Shown: positions 37,731 through 50,169 of the stretch, in pieces
Position numbering within the stretch: the first letter of the stretch is position 1
Layout of the letters: every line of letters starts with the position of its first letter
Assembly: GCF_964213995.1 (NCBI RefSeq)
Contig: NW_027590142.1
Span: forward strand, 372,001 to 436,000
Reading direction: 5' to 3'
DNA from: Mustelus asterias
Lineage: Eukaryota
DNA length: 64,000 bases
Notes under the pieces: generated by a model
The model's input: only the letters and a program-made list of their open reading frames with translations
What the model was told of the DNA's origin: nothing
The model's database searches: none
Position numbers and translations under genes: made by a program

Positions 37731-40204
37731 CATATTAACTGAAACATAGTTCAGCACAGTCATAACTCAGAAACTATCGTCGAAGTAGGGCCTTGGCTTC
37801 TTGTAGGAACAACTGATAATGAGCCGAGTAGGGAAATAACGGAGATAAGACATGTTGTAATGTGATCGAGACATGGCCTATTTCAATACAAACAGAAATG
37901 GGGGTTAATTGAATATAAGCAGAGATATGACATGTTCAAAGTTATTTTATGAGATTTTTGTGTCACTGGTAAAGTAGCATTTGTTGCCACTTCGTTTATC
38001 CCTTTGAGAATGTAGTGGTGAGCCCTCTTCTCGAGCCATTGAATTCCACAGAGTAAATACACGCACAGTGCTGACAGGAAAGGAGTTACAAGGTTTTCAT
38101 CCATTGACACTGAAATATACAGTCAAGATGGCGTGTGGGTTTTATGGGCACTTGCAGGTAATTGTGTTCTCCTGCATCTGCTGCCCTTGTCGCTTTAAGT
38201 GTCAGAATGAATGTGGTTGGAAGGTGCCATGGAAGGATAATGCCGCTGTTATACAAGTTGTATAGTTCAGACTACTGGAATTGTACATCTGTGATGCAGA
38301 GAGTGAATGCTTAAAGTGGCGCGCGGGGCGTTCATCGAGCCACCTGCTTTCTGCTGGGTGGTATCGAGATATTTAGGTGTTGCTTCAGGATCACACGTCA
38401 GACAAGTGGAGAATATTCAATCACACTCCTGACTTTTGCCCTGTACATGATGGAGAGGGTTTGAGAAGTCAGGGGGTGAGTGACTCAACACAGAATTCCC
38501 AGCATCTGACATGTTCTTGTCGCAATATTTTTTACGTGGCTGTCCCAATTCAGTTTTTAATCAACGGTAATTCACAGAATGATGATAGTGGGGGTTTCAG
38601 CGGTCGTCATGCCATTTAGTGTCAAAGAGAGATGTTTGGAATCTCTCTTACTTGAAGAAGGTCATTGCCTGCCACTTGTGTGGCGTGAATGTTATTCTCC
38701 ACTCCTCAGACAAGCCTGAATGTGTTCTAAGTCTTGCTGCATATGGACACGGACTGCTTCAGTATCTGAGGAGTCGCAAATGTGCTGAACACTGTGCAAT
38801 CATTAGTGAACATCCCACTACTGAGCTTCTAATGAAGGGTGAAGATTAGGCCGAGCACACTATCCTGAGGACTTCCTGCAGCAATGCCCTGTGACTCAGA
38901 TGATTGGCTTTCAACAACCACAACCATCTTACTCTATGTTCGGTTTGACTGAAGCCAGTGGAATGTTTACCCCCGGATCCCCATTGACTGCAGCTTCGCT
39001 CGGGCTTATTGATGCCATAATCAGTCAAGTGCTGCGTTATTGTCGAGGGCAGGCACTCTCACCTTACCTTATTAAATCAGCTATTTCTACTATATTTGGA
39101 CTAAGTTCAAATGATTTCTGGAACCGCGTGCCCCTAGTGGGACCCAGAGAGAGCATCATTGAGCGGATTATTATTATTATTGCTGATCGGATGATCCTTG
39201 ATACTTTCTATTACGTTGATCGAGTGAGGACGCATTGGGCGATAATTGGCCAGATTGGAGTTTCCCTGCTTTTCGTGACAGGACATGTTTGCCAATTTTC
39301 CATACTGTTGGGTATGTGACCGTGATGTATATACTTGAATAGATTGGCTGGGGCGCAGCTAGCTCCAGAGCACAAATCGTCATTATTATTGCTGAAATAT
39401 TGTCAGGACCAATAACCTTTGCAGTGTCCAAAGCCTTCAGCACAGTGTTAGGCCACAGATCAATCATGAACATATTGCATGGCGGAGCGGGCTCCAGGGC
39501 TTGAATGGCCTATTCATCTTCCAATGTTATACTGTGAAATGAATTGAACTGCTTGGAAACTGGCATCTGTGATGCTGGGGACCTCAGGAGGAGGCTGAGA
39601 TGGAACATCTTCTCGGCACTTCCGGCTGGAGATGGTAGCAATTGTTTCAGTTTTGTTTCTTTACCCTTTGCTGAGGTCCCACATCATTAAGAATGTGGGT
39701 TTTATTTGAGGCTCCTGCTGCGGTTAATTGTTTTAATGTCCACGACCATTCAGGACTGCATGCGGCAGAACTGCAAAGTTTGATCCTTCCTGGAAATATT
39801 CGGATCAGAGTGATTGTGTGATGTATACATTGACATGTACTGGTGCAATATTAGTTTAAACAGGGTGTCATATAATATAATGTAGTATAATCAGAGACTG
39901 TGCCCATTCTAAATAGATACATATGGAGGTCAATTCAAAATGAACAGATACAGGGTCCAGTGTAGTATTTATTGCGGCATTCATTGCGTCATGTAATGTA
40001 ACCCATCAAGATTTCATTTCCATCTGCTGGCAAAACTCTGTAATTACAGTTACTGTGAAAATATCGCTGTTAGGTATGATCTATGATATGAATGTACCAC
40101 GAATTCACATCCATTCATGTAATACCACATCCCCTTCTGCGGAAGGTGCCAAATTGTAAGGTGCAACGAATTGTACACGTACGTTGCTGAATCATGCAGC
40201 TTAA

Positions 40205-41012
40205 GTGTTGTCCCGCAGGAATCTGTCTTGGGGCCTCAATTATTGACAGTATTCATTAATGGCTTAGATAATGGCATGAAAAGTCAAATGTCCAAATGAT
40301 AGATCAAGGTATTTTTAGAAGGCACAAAATTAAATTTAGTGGATGCCCAACGAGATTTGGGGCTTCAGGCGCATAGTTTCTCAAAATGCCACCAACTGAT
40401 GCAGAAAATAGACATTAAGGCCAACGGAATACTGGCCTTCATACCCAAAGGACTGGAGTATAGGGATGCAGATGTTGTACTGCAATTGTGAAAATCTTTG
40501 TTAGACCACAAAAAGAGTACTGTGAGCAGGCATGGGCAAAAAATCTTTGGAAAGATGTTGGCTCTGGAGGGAGTTCAACGCAAGTTGCGAGGAGAGATCA
40601 GACAAATTAAGACTTTTTCTCTCGAATTCAGAAGGTTGAGTGCTGCTCTGATAGAAATCTGTGAAATATTTACAGGGAAGGTAGATAAAGATAAAATGTT
40701 TCCACACGTTGAAAGTTCGAGAATAAAGGGCCATAGTTTAAAAAAATAGGGACAGGCCGTTCAGGAGAGTTAATAGAAAGAATTTGTACACGCAGAGAGA
40801 GATGGATGTTTGGAACTCTCTTCCGCAGACGCCGGTGGGTGCTGGTTCAATTGTTAGATTGAAGTCTGAGATCGATTTTCTTTTATTGAACAGGGGTATC
40901 AACATGGGCCGAGGGAAGGTACATGTATTCGGCCACAGATCAGCCATGAACTTATTGAATGGCGAGGCGAGTTCGAGGAGCTGAATGGCCTACTCCTGCG
41001 GCTATGTTCCGA
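40205..41012 (+). mobile_element. Degraded CR1 3' fragment
   Basis: ALEGVQR, SLEFRRL, VWNSLPQ remnants. Confidence 0.75.
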
Positions 41013-41286
41013 TGTTGCCAGATCAGCATCAGATCAAAATAGCTCAATCCATGGTAATGTATTTTTGTTCATTTTGGTTAAAAGGAGGAATGTTGACCAG
41101 GGCGCTGTTGGAGACCATGGGACCTTTAATGTTCAGCTCAGCAAACATGGCGTTGGGGAAAGTTTATTTGTTCATCGTTCCATCTGAAAGATAGTTGGTC
41201 ACACATTCCAGTTATTTATCAGGAGTTTCTGTGTGATGATGAGGTGATTCCTCGGAAGCCAAGATGGAGTGTTAAGTTGAAGGAAA

Positions 41287-41344
41287 GTGTGTGTGTGTGT
41301 GTTTGTGTGTGTGTGTGCGCGCGCGTGTGTGTGTGTGTGTGTGT
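41287..41344 (+). repeat. (TG)n microsatellite with a (CG)n core
   Basis: Direct read; alternating purine-pyrimidine. Confidence 0.9.
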
Positions 41345-42327
41345 TTCTATTTCTGTACGTGTACGTGCGTATGAAAGGGAGACAATTTATGGGACAGAAT
41401 GAGAACAAGAGAGAATATATGTGTGTGCCTCTGCGTGCCTTGTCGGAAAAATGTCATATTGTTTACAAATCAACGTCACAATGATAACCGGCATCCTCCC
41501 ATTTACAATAGAAGTTAGAAACACAGTAAACACATTCATTTCAGTTTGGTTTCTTTTGCATATGTCAAATTTGTTGATGACTGAGGAGGACAACTTTTGA
41601 GAGTTTGATTCAACTACAAGTGTTGCCCATGACGCTATCAGTTGTACTTGTACATTGTCGTGTTGTGTGTCATGAATGAGACCGAGGACTTTTTGGTGGA
41701 GAGCCTAGTTCCCCCAAATCTTGCAGTCTCTGCTCTGATGCGAGTGTCGAATGTCTTCTTGCGATTCACGAAAGTATGGTTATGATACGTATATCTTCCA
41801 ACACAAGCACAACACTGTGCTTCAGGTTAATCCCGCTCTTCAAGCAGATGAGTAACAAAATTGTAATCCTACCAAAGGCCTTTCCCGTGATGCTATGATT
41901 GAGATACAGCTGCAGATGTTGCCGTCTCCTCTGTCGGCCTTGTCTTCGGATAGTGTGATGTTTTTGAATCATGAATCTCCTGTGGAACGGAACCTATCTT
42001 CTGGCAGAGAAAGAGAAGGTCATAAATGTTCAGAAAGTTGGTGTTTATTTTCACCAATTGCCATCCATTCACAAAGTTGCACAATTTTGTTCACAAGTTA
42101 TCATCCATTCATAAACATTAATGCATTTAAGTTTTAATTCAAGGGACATGGGTGTTGCTGGCTAAGTCAGCATTTATTGCCTATACCTAATTGCCCTTAG
42201 TAAGCTGGTGATGAGCTAACTGCTTGAACTGCTGCAGAACCTGTGGTGTAGGTACCCACACTGTGCTGTTCTGGGATTTCAATCCAGCGACAGTGTAGGA
42301 AGGACGATATGTTTACAAGTCAGGTAG

Positions 42328-43041
42328 ATGACTCCTAGAAATGAGGCTTGGGTCAATGCCAGGAGGAGGGGTAAGAAGCAATCGGGAAGACAATCCCCTG
42401 GGGCGGATCCCCTCCATAATAGGTTTTCGGTGCTGGAGGCTACAGTTGAGGAGGAATCAACTGAGCAGAGAGAGCAGATCTCTGGGGGTGAGCCGAGTGA
42501 GAAAGCTCAGGTGGTTAGGGGCTGTAAAAGACTGGGCCTTGTGATTGGGGACTCCACAATTAAGGGGACAGATAGGAGGGTCGGAACTAAAGGTAGGGAC
42601 TCAGGGTTGGTGTGTTGCCTACCAGGGGCTGGGGTCCGGGATGTGTCTGACAGGGTATTCAGGACTCTTAGGGGGGAGGGAGATAAACCACAAGTTATTG
42701 TACATGTGGGGACACACGACATAGGGAGGATAGGGGAAGGGGATATTAGGCTGGGATTTATGGAGTTGGGGTGGAAACTAAAGGCCAAGACTGACAGAGT
42801 GGTTATCTCTGGACTCTTGCCTGTACCACGGGATAGTTTAGAGAGGAATAGGGAGAGGGAAGGTTTGAATTCATGGCTGAGGGGATGGTGCAGGAGGGAG
42901 GGGTTCAGGTACTTAAGCAATTGGGGCTCGTACTGGGGAAGGTGTGACCTCTATGAGAAGGATGGTCTACACCTTAATCAGAAGGGGACCAATATCCTGG
43001 GGGGTAAATTTGCTAAGGCCATGCAGGGAGGTTTAAACTGA
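42328..43041 (+). CDS. CR1 ORF1 C-terminal SGNH esterase domain
   Basis: LVIGDS, CCLPGA, IVHVGTHD, DGLHLN blocks. Confidence 0.88.
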   Translation: MTPRNEAWVNARRRGKKQSGRQSPGADPLHNRFSVLEATVEEESTEQREQISGGEPSEKAQVVRGCKRLGLVIGDSTIKGTDRRVGTKGRDSGLVCCLPGAGVRDVSDRVFRTLRGEGDKPQVIVHVGTHDIGRIGEGDIRLGFMELGWKLKAKTDRVVISGLLPVPRDSLERNREREGLNSWLRGWCRREGFRYLSNWGSYWGRCDLYEKDGLHLNQKGTNILGGKFAKAMQGGLN

Positions 43042-43069
43042 TTCGGGGGGGGGGGAGGGATCCTGAGTA

Positions 43070-45907
43070 GTGGGGCTGAAAGTGAGGGATGCATGGATGG
43101 GGACTGCAATGCACGGCATTGCAGAGGTGGAGCAGGGTTTGAAATGTGTATACTTCAATGCCAGGAGTATTCGCAATAAAGTGGGTGAACTTGCAGCGTG
43201 GATCAGTACCTGGGACTTCGATGTTGTGGCTATTTCAGAGACATGGATAGAGCAGGGGCAGGAATGGATGCTGCAGGTCCCGGGGTTCAAATGTTTTAGT
43301 CGAAGTAGGGAAGGAGGTAGAAGAGGGGGAGGGGTAGCATTATTGGTCAGAGATTGTATCACAGTGTCAGAGAGGAGGTTTGATGAGGACTTATCTGTTG
43401 AGGTAGTATGGGCGGAGATTAGAAATAGGAGAGGAGAGGTCACCCTGTTGGGAGTCTTTTATAGACCTCCTAAAAGTTCTAGAGAGGTTGAGGAAAGGAT
43501 TGCGGAGTCAATCCTGCTTAGGAGTGAAAGTAATAGGGCAATTGTTATGGGGGATTTTAACTTGACTAATATTGACTGGAATTGTTATAGCTCTAGCTCG
43601 TTAGAGGGGTCAGTTTTTGTTCAAAGCGTGCAGGAAGGTTTTTTGACTCAGTATGTAGACAGGCCAACTAGAGGTGAGGCTCTATTGGATCTGGTGCTGG
43701 GAAATGAGCCAGACCAGGTGCTAGACTTGGAAGTTGGTGTGCATTTTGGTGATAGTGACCACAATTCGGTTACGTTCACCTTAGTGATGGAAAGGGATAG
43801 GCATGAACCTCGGGCCAGTGGTTTTAGCTGGGGGAAGGGTAATTATGAGGCTATTAGGAGAGAATTAGGAAACATAGGTTGGACTAGGAGATTACAGGGA
43901 CTGGGAACGTCCGACATGTGGAGTTTTTTCAAGGAGCAGCTACTGCGAGTCTGTGATAGGTATGTCCCTGTCAGGCAAGGAGGAATTGGTAGGGCTAGGG
44001 AACCGTGGTGCACCAAAAAAGTTTCTTTGTTGGTTAAAAAGAAAAAGGAGGCTTATGTTCGGATGAGACGTGAGCACTCGGGTAGTGCACTAGAAAGCTT
44101 TAGATTGGCTAAGAGGGAGTTGAAGAGCGAGCTTAGAAGGGCTAAAAGGGGACATGAGAAGACTTTGGCGGATAGGGTTAAAGAGAATCCTAAGGCGTTC
44201 TATAGGTATGTCAAGAACAGAAGGTTGGTTAGGGCAAGTTTAGGGCCAGTTATAGATGGCAGAGGGAAGTTATGTGTGGAACCGGAGGAGATTGGTGAAG
44301 CATTGAACCAATATTTCTCTTCGGTGTTCACGCAAGGGGACATGAATATAGCTGAGGAGGACACTGGGTTGCAGGGGAGTAGAATAGACAGTATTACAGT
44401 TGATAAGGAGGATGTGCAGGATATTCTGGAGGGTCTGAAAATAGATAAATCCCCTGGTGCGGATGGGATTTATCCAAGGATTCTCTGGGAGGCAAGAGAA
44501 GTGATTGCAGAGCCTCTGGCTCTGATCTTCAGGTCGTCGTTGGCCTCTGGTATAGTACCAGAAGATTGGAGGTTAGCGAATGTTGTCCCATTGTTTAAGA
44601 AGGGGAACAGAGACTTCCCCGGGAATTATAGACCGGTGAGTCTCACTTCTGTTGTCGGCAAGATGTTGGAAAAAATTATAAGGGATAGGATTTATAGTTA
44701 TTTGGAGAGTAATGAATTGATAGGTGATAGTCAGCATGGTTTTGTGGCAGGTAGGTCGTGCCTTACTAACCTTATTGAGTTTTTTGAGAAAGTGACCAAG
44801 GAGGTGGATGGGGGCAAGGCAGTGGACGTGGTATATATGGATTTTAGTAAGGCGTTTGATAAGGTTCACCATGGTAGGCTTCTGCAGAAAATGCAGATGT
44901 ATGGGATTGGGGGTGATCTAGGAAATTGGATCAGGAATTGGCTAGCGGATAGGAAACAGAGGGTGGTGGTTGATAGTAAATATTCATCATGGAGTGCGGT
45001 TACAAGTGGTGTACCTCAGGGATCTGTTTTGGGGCCACTGCTGTTTGTAATATTTATTAATGATCTGGATGAGGGTATAGTTGGGTGGATTAGCAAATTT
45101 GCTGATGACACCAAAGTCGGTGGTGTGGTAGACAGTGAGGAAGGGTGTCGTAGTTTGCAGGAAGACTTAGACAGGTTGCAAAGTTGGGCCGAGAGGTGGC
45201 GGATGGAGTTTAATGCGGAGAAGTGTGAGGTAATTCACTTTGGTAGGAATAACAGATGTGTTGAGTATAGGGCTAACGGGAGGACTTTGAATAGTGTGGA
45301 GGAGCAGAGGGATCTAGGTGTATGTGTGCATAGATCCCTGAAAGTTGGGAATCAAGTAGATAAGGTTGTTAAGAAGGCATATGGTGTCTTGGCGTTTATT
45401 GGTAGGGGGATTGAATTTAGGAGTCGTAGCGTTATGTTGCAACTGTACACAACTCTGGTGCGGCCGCACTTGGAGTACTGTGTGCAGTTCTGGTCCCCAC
45501 ATTACAGGAAGGATGTGGAGGCTTTGGAGAGGGTGCAGAGGAGGTTTACCAGGATGTTGCCTGGTATGGAGGGGAGATCCTATGAGGAGAGGCTGAGGGA
45601 TTTGGGATTGTTTTCGCTGGAAAGGCGGCGGCTAAGAGGGGATCTTATTGAAACATATAAGATGATTAGAGGTTTAGATAGGGTGGATAGTGATAGCCTT
45701 TTTCCTCTGATGGAGAAATCCAGCACGAGGGGGCATGGCTTTAAATTGAGGGGGGGTAGTTATAGAACCGATGTCAGGGGTAGGTTCTTTACCCAGAGGG
45801 TGGTGAGGGATTGGAATGCCCTGCCAGCATCAGTTGTAAATGCGCCTAGTTTGGGGGCGTTTAAGAGATCCGTAGATAGGTTCATGGACGAAAAGAAATT
45901 GGTTTAG
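43070..45907 (+). CDS. CR1 ORF2 (APE endonuclease plus reverse transcriptase), uninterrupted
   Basis: YFNARS, ISETW, YRPP, MGDFN, SDH; YRPVSLTS, DFSKAFD, GVPQGSVLGP, FADD. Confidence 0.96.
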   Translation: MGLKVRDAWMGTAMHGIAEVEQGLKCVYFNARSIRNKVGELAAWISTWDFDVVAISETWIEQGQEWMLQVPGFKCFSRSREGGRRGGGVALLVRDCITVSERRFDEDLSVEVVWAEIRNRRGEVTLLGVFYRPPKSSREVEERIAESILLRSESNRAIVMGDFNLTNIDWNCYSSSSLEGSVFVQSVQEGFLTQYVDRPTRGEALLDLVLGNEPDQVLDLEVGVHFGDSDHNSVTFTLVMERDRHEPRASGFSWGKGNYEAIRRELGNIGWTRRLQGLGTSDMWSFFKEQLLRVCDRYVPVRQGGIGRAREPWCTKKVSLLVKKKKEAYVRMRREHSGSALESFRLAKRELKSELRRAKRGHEKTLADRVKENPKAFYRYVKNRRLVRASLGPVIDGRGKLCVEPEEIGEALNQYFSSVFTQGDMNIAEEDTGLQGSRIDSITVDKEDVQDILEGLKIDKSPGADGIYPRILWEAREVIAEPLALIFRSSLASGIVPEDWRLANVVPLFKKGNRDFPGNYRPVSLTSVVGKMLEKIIRDRIYSYLESNELIGDSQHGFVAGRSCLTNLIEFFEKVTKEVDGGKAVDVVYMDFSKAFDKVHHGRLLQKMQMYGIGGDLGNWIRNWLADRKQRVVVDSKYSSWSAVTSGVPQGSVLGPLLFVIFINDLDEGIVGWISKFADDTKVGGVVDSEEGCRSLQEDLDRLQSWAERWRMEFNAEKCEVIHFGRNNRCVEYRANGRTLNSVEEQRDLGVCVHRSLKVGNQVDKVVKKAYGVLAFIGRGIEFRSRSVMLQLYTTLVRPHLEYCVQFWSPHYRKDVEALERVQRRFTRMLPGMEGRSYEERLRDLGLFSLERRRLRGDLIETYKMIRGLDRVDSDSLFPLMEKSSTRGHGFKLRGGSYRTDVRGRFFTQRVVRDWNALPASVVNAPSLGAFKRSVDRFMDEKKLV

Positions 45908-46024
45908 GTTGGAGGGTCACAGTTTTTTTTTAACTGGTCGGTGCAACATCGTGGGCCGAAGGGCCTGTTCTGCGCTGTAATGTTCTATGTTCTATACAGC
46001 TTCTATCAGCTCGATTTTGTTTTC

Positions 46025-46097
46025 AGGCTCCAGTGAGACTTGAACTCTCGACCCCTAGTTTACAAAGCCAGTGCTTAAACCACTGAGCCATGGAGCC
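46025..46097 (-). tRNA. tRNA-Thr(TGT), probable pseudogene
   Basis: GGCTCCATGGCTCAGTGGTTTAAGCACTGGCTTTGTAAACTAGGGGTCGAGAGTTCAAGTCTCACTGGAGCCT; perfect acceptor stem, one mismatch each in D, anticodon and T stems; no oligo-T terminator. Confidence 0.8.
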
Positions 46098-46619
46098 AAA
46101 TGCTGCTATTACTTTACTTTACATAATATGCTGCTTCATTTATTATTACATGACGACAATGCTACAAATCATTATTTCTGAGTTTTTGTTCAGTCAAGAG
46201 GCGATTTCAGTTACACTCGGCTCCATCTCAGATATTATTGCGCTAGGCTCTATGTCGTGCACTACTGAACCATCTGTGCCTCACTTTGCCTTATATTTGG
46301 TCCTAATAATAAAGCAGACACTGTCTCAGCAATTGGTTTTCTATAAAATGCGTCTGACAGATGGAAAGAAAGAAGGGGCGAGCGAGAAAAGATGGATATT
46401 AGCTTAAAAAACGTAATATATTTCTGTCGATGAAAGGGGTTCGAAGAATGCGTTTCGTCTTGTTAATAACTATTAGGTGCTGCGTGTAATATTTAATTGC
46501 TCTCGTATTGTCTACAATATTTTATTGAAAGCTTGGGATGAAACTTGTAACATCCTCTTGTTCAGAAGAGATTGAGGAACATAATAAACGTACGCCACGT
46601 TGCACAGCAAATGGACACG

Positions 46620-46793
46620 AAAGGGCGATTCAGCATGGCCACTCCAACTAACCTGTACATCTTTAGACTGTAGGAGGAAAGCAGTAAACCTGGAGGAAAC
46701 CCACGCACACACGGGGTGAATGTGCAAACACCACACAAGGCCGAAATGGAACCTGTGCCCGTAACAGTGTGAGGTACCAGTGCTAACCACTGT
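46620..46793 (-). mobile_element. V-SINE fragment
   Basis: ACAGTGGTTAGCAC head and V-domain. Confidence 0.7.
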
Positions 46794-49700
46794 CTAAATA
46801 ATTGCTATTACCATTAAACATGATATGGTAATTTATTCAGTATTCACTTGCACATTCTATGCCTCAGTCAATACCTAAAGTTAATGAATTGCCCTGGACG
46901 CTCTTGAATGTGATGCACAGCTGGCCATTTCGCTGCCAACGCAATGCATCTTTCAAATGACTCACTGAATTTCTCTCCTCTCTTTCTCTGTCTCAGACTG
47001 CACCTAAATCAGATAACCTATCTTCTCTCTCTCAGTCTCCATTAACTCACTTACACAGGTATCCAGGAGACGGATCTAGCTACGAGTTAAAAAAAATATT
47101 TTTGTTGTTGTTTAAGGCACCTTGTGTCTGAAAAGATAAAGTACAAAAATCTCATCAGCGGAAAATTCAGTGTCGGAAACAAACCAGTTCACTCACTTAA
47201 CCTCTCTCCTCGATTTCTCTCACACAACACCTAACACACTTAAACTTTCTTATATGGAATACCTCTGCGGGGAAAAAAATGTTGCTTTAATTTTCCCTCT
47301 TTTCTCAGTGACAGCCTTCGGTCCATCTTCACTTCAATTAATCTATTTAAACCCCTAATATGATCATTTTCTTGATTCATTAAACTGGGAATAGACGTGA
47401 ATGTAATACTGAGACTGGCAGCAATCTGTGTGGTTGTTCTTGATGCTGTCATAGTGAGTTCACCCTCACAGTCAGGAAGAATGTTTACGGTGATAACATC
47501 AAACTGGCCTCGGTTGTTTCATTCTCAGGTAACACAACTTCCTGTTTCTTGCTGCCGGTTCCAAACCGCACATCTCACTTCTGAGCAGAAAATAAATCCA
47601 TGGACCACAATCTGGTGAGAACATCTGTCAGTGCGGCCTATATCTATCCACAGAGTCAGGGCAGAGTCACACAGATCACATTGCGGTGACATTTACAAAT
47701 GAGCCTGGTGTAATCTGCTTAGAGTTTCCATTCCCGGACATAACTCGATGGTCAGTGGATTAGCCACTGAGCTCCCCCGAGTTCCGTGAAGGAAGGGAAT
47801 GATAGCTGTTATCTTGCATTGTTTGATCATTTTCTCTCCATCTGCTTTTTATTTTTTGTTCCTTATCTGTCAGCACCCCGTTTTTCTTTCTGCTAACTCT
47901 CCCGGTGTCTCTGTCTATCTCCTATCTTTTGAAAACTTTTATTAGTGTTCATAATCATGAAGTTGTGAGTGGGGTAATTAAAGAGAGAATGTTTCAACTG
48001 GGAGGACGGTCAGCAACCAATGGGCTCAAATTTATTTTATTGAGCAGGGAGACAGAAATATAATTGTTTATTTTTACACAAACGTTGTTATAAACTGGAA
48101 TAAAGAGCTTGAAAGGGTGATCGAATCAGATTTCACAGTAACTTTAGAAAATAAATAAGATATATCCTTCATGGGGTTAAAATTTGAAGGGTTTTCAAGA
48201 ATGGGACCAGTTTAATGGTTCATCTATATAATTGTCCTCGCATCCTTTTTGTGTCTCTCCCTGCCCTTCATTGAGACTCAATAGAATGCAATATTTATAC
48301 AGCTGTCGTCTTGTGATAAGATAAGAGTATCACTTTGAACAAATTAGCATTGGATCGATTGTTTAGGAAAAGCACAATTGCCCTTAATATTTATTGCACT
48401 GTTCCTTTTTCCTCCGATGAAGTTTTCATATTTAGACTTTTCAGTCATCATATGTCCTAATTCTGTCTGTAAATGTGGAACTGTTTGTAGGAAAGAGAAG
48501 AAACAGATTATTTTCTGTTCCTCTGACAGATTCACCATTGTTACCTCAGATAACAGAAATTTATGGACCCGCCACGATTGTCCCCCTTGGGAATAACAGC
48601 TCTTCGTCAGGTAGAGTCAGTCACTCCTGCGGTCGTCATCGTGTTTTCAATCCGTGTTTGCCACACAAATCCCTACGAGACTCGTCATGACAAAGAATCC
48701 TGCGCTAAGGCCCTAGAAATGATTGCTTGCTTATATCAGTTCCCAGTCCGACTCCGGGCCCAGCTGTCTCTGTTAGTGATACACTGGAGCCGGTCATTCA
48801 AATTATAATATTCTAATTCTCCATGATTATTTCTGGAAACCGTTAGCCAATCAGTTGTGAATTAGAACCTATATCTGATTTTGTTTCATTTGACACCTGC
48901 CGTTTATCATTGGACAAATTACTTTTTTCGAGAATGATCACACGCACAAAAATGTTTATTTAAATGTCATATCATGTTCTGTCTCTCTTATTCTATATAT
49001 CCCATACATTGGTTTACATGATTCTCCCCCGGTCAGATTATGTCATCATTGCGCTAGCATATCTGTCTATATTAGATTAGATTCTGTCTCTGTTGTTCCT
49101 GAATAGTTTTTAATCATTTCTGGGATTTGGGCATCACTGGCATCTGTTGCCCTTCCCTAATTGCCCCTGACAAAGTGGTGATGAGCTGCCATCTTGAACC
49201 ACTGCGATCCATGTTCAGCAGCCCGTATCACTGTTTATACCACACAAGGTCTGAACACCCTTATGATACACCTGATCTTGATTAATCGTATTACCGACAT
49301 TGTACAACCTATACACAGTAGAAAATATTTAGGTTGGTTACCATGGAATTGGTGAAGGTAACGGTTACACAGAAATATTGCTCCTTCTCTGGAGAGCAGC
49401 AGATGTTTCCATCCTTTGCATCAATAGGAATAAGAGGACTGAGAATTAAAGTTATAATTATCTCCTGTCGGCTATATATCCAGCTTCATTTTCGGCATCA
49501 TTTTCACAAATCAGAACATATTTGAGTCTGATATCAGGAATTTCAGTGAGAAACTGAGAAGGTCATTTTCTTAAAATCTCTTCGCCATTTGACATGTGAG
49601 TTATTCATTTTCCAACTGATCTCTAAAGACAAATAAGTCAACGCTGGGAAAATAGTCAGTCTGAAATCATTTTGTAAACAAGAGCACAGAACAGAATGGT

Positions 49701-50169
49701 TGACAATAGATAATTACAGTATTACCTATTCTTCAATTGAAATGCATGAACTGTTTAGGGTTTTCATACACTCACGGAAGGCGGAAATGGATTGAAGGTT
49801 ATCACTGGAAAATTGAAGGGGATTTGCTAAATGAAAGTTTATTTCTCCAAATGGGGTTAATACAAAATAGATTAATTTAAATAAATTAGCAGACAAATAT
49901 TTAAGGAGGAAAATTATGTGTTATTTCTTAGACATAGAGCCATATGATCCCTATTGTGCACAAAAAGGTCATTTGGCCTATCGAGTCTGCATCCCATCCA
50001 GGTCATTCGGCCCAAATTTCCTTCTACCCTATCCCATTCTACCCTATCCCCGATGGCTCTGCACATTTACGATGGCTCATCCACGTTACCTACACATCCT
50101 TGGACACGAAGGGGCAATTTCGCATGGCCAATCCATCTAACATGGTATGATTAAATAAAAATTGGGGGT

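Larger units (their letters stand above)
35000..41980 (-). repeat. Inverted segmental duplication of ~6230-11800
   Basis: Reverse-collinear matches: 11320-11520 with 35330-35530, 9030-9250 with 36385-36615, 6240-6340 with 41880-41978. Confidence 0.82.
42328..45995 (+). mobile_element. Young near-full-length CR1 LINE (5'-truncated in ORF1)
   Basis: ORF1 esterase part, intact ORF2, 3' UTR and (TTCTATG)n tail. Confidence 0.95.

Noticed and set aside
47397-47530. Possible V leader exon
   Set aside because: ATG-to-donor length is 48 nt (phase 0, not phase 1) and no V exon or RSS follows
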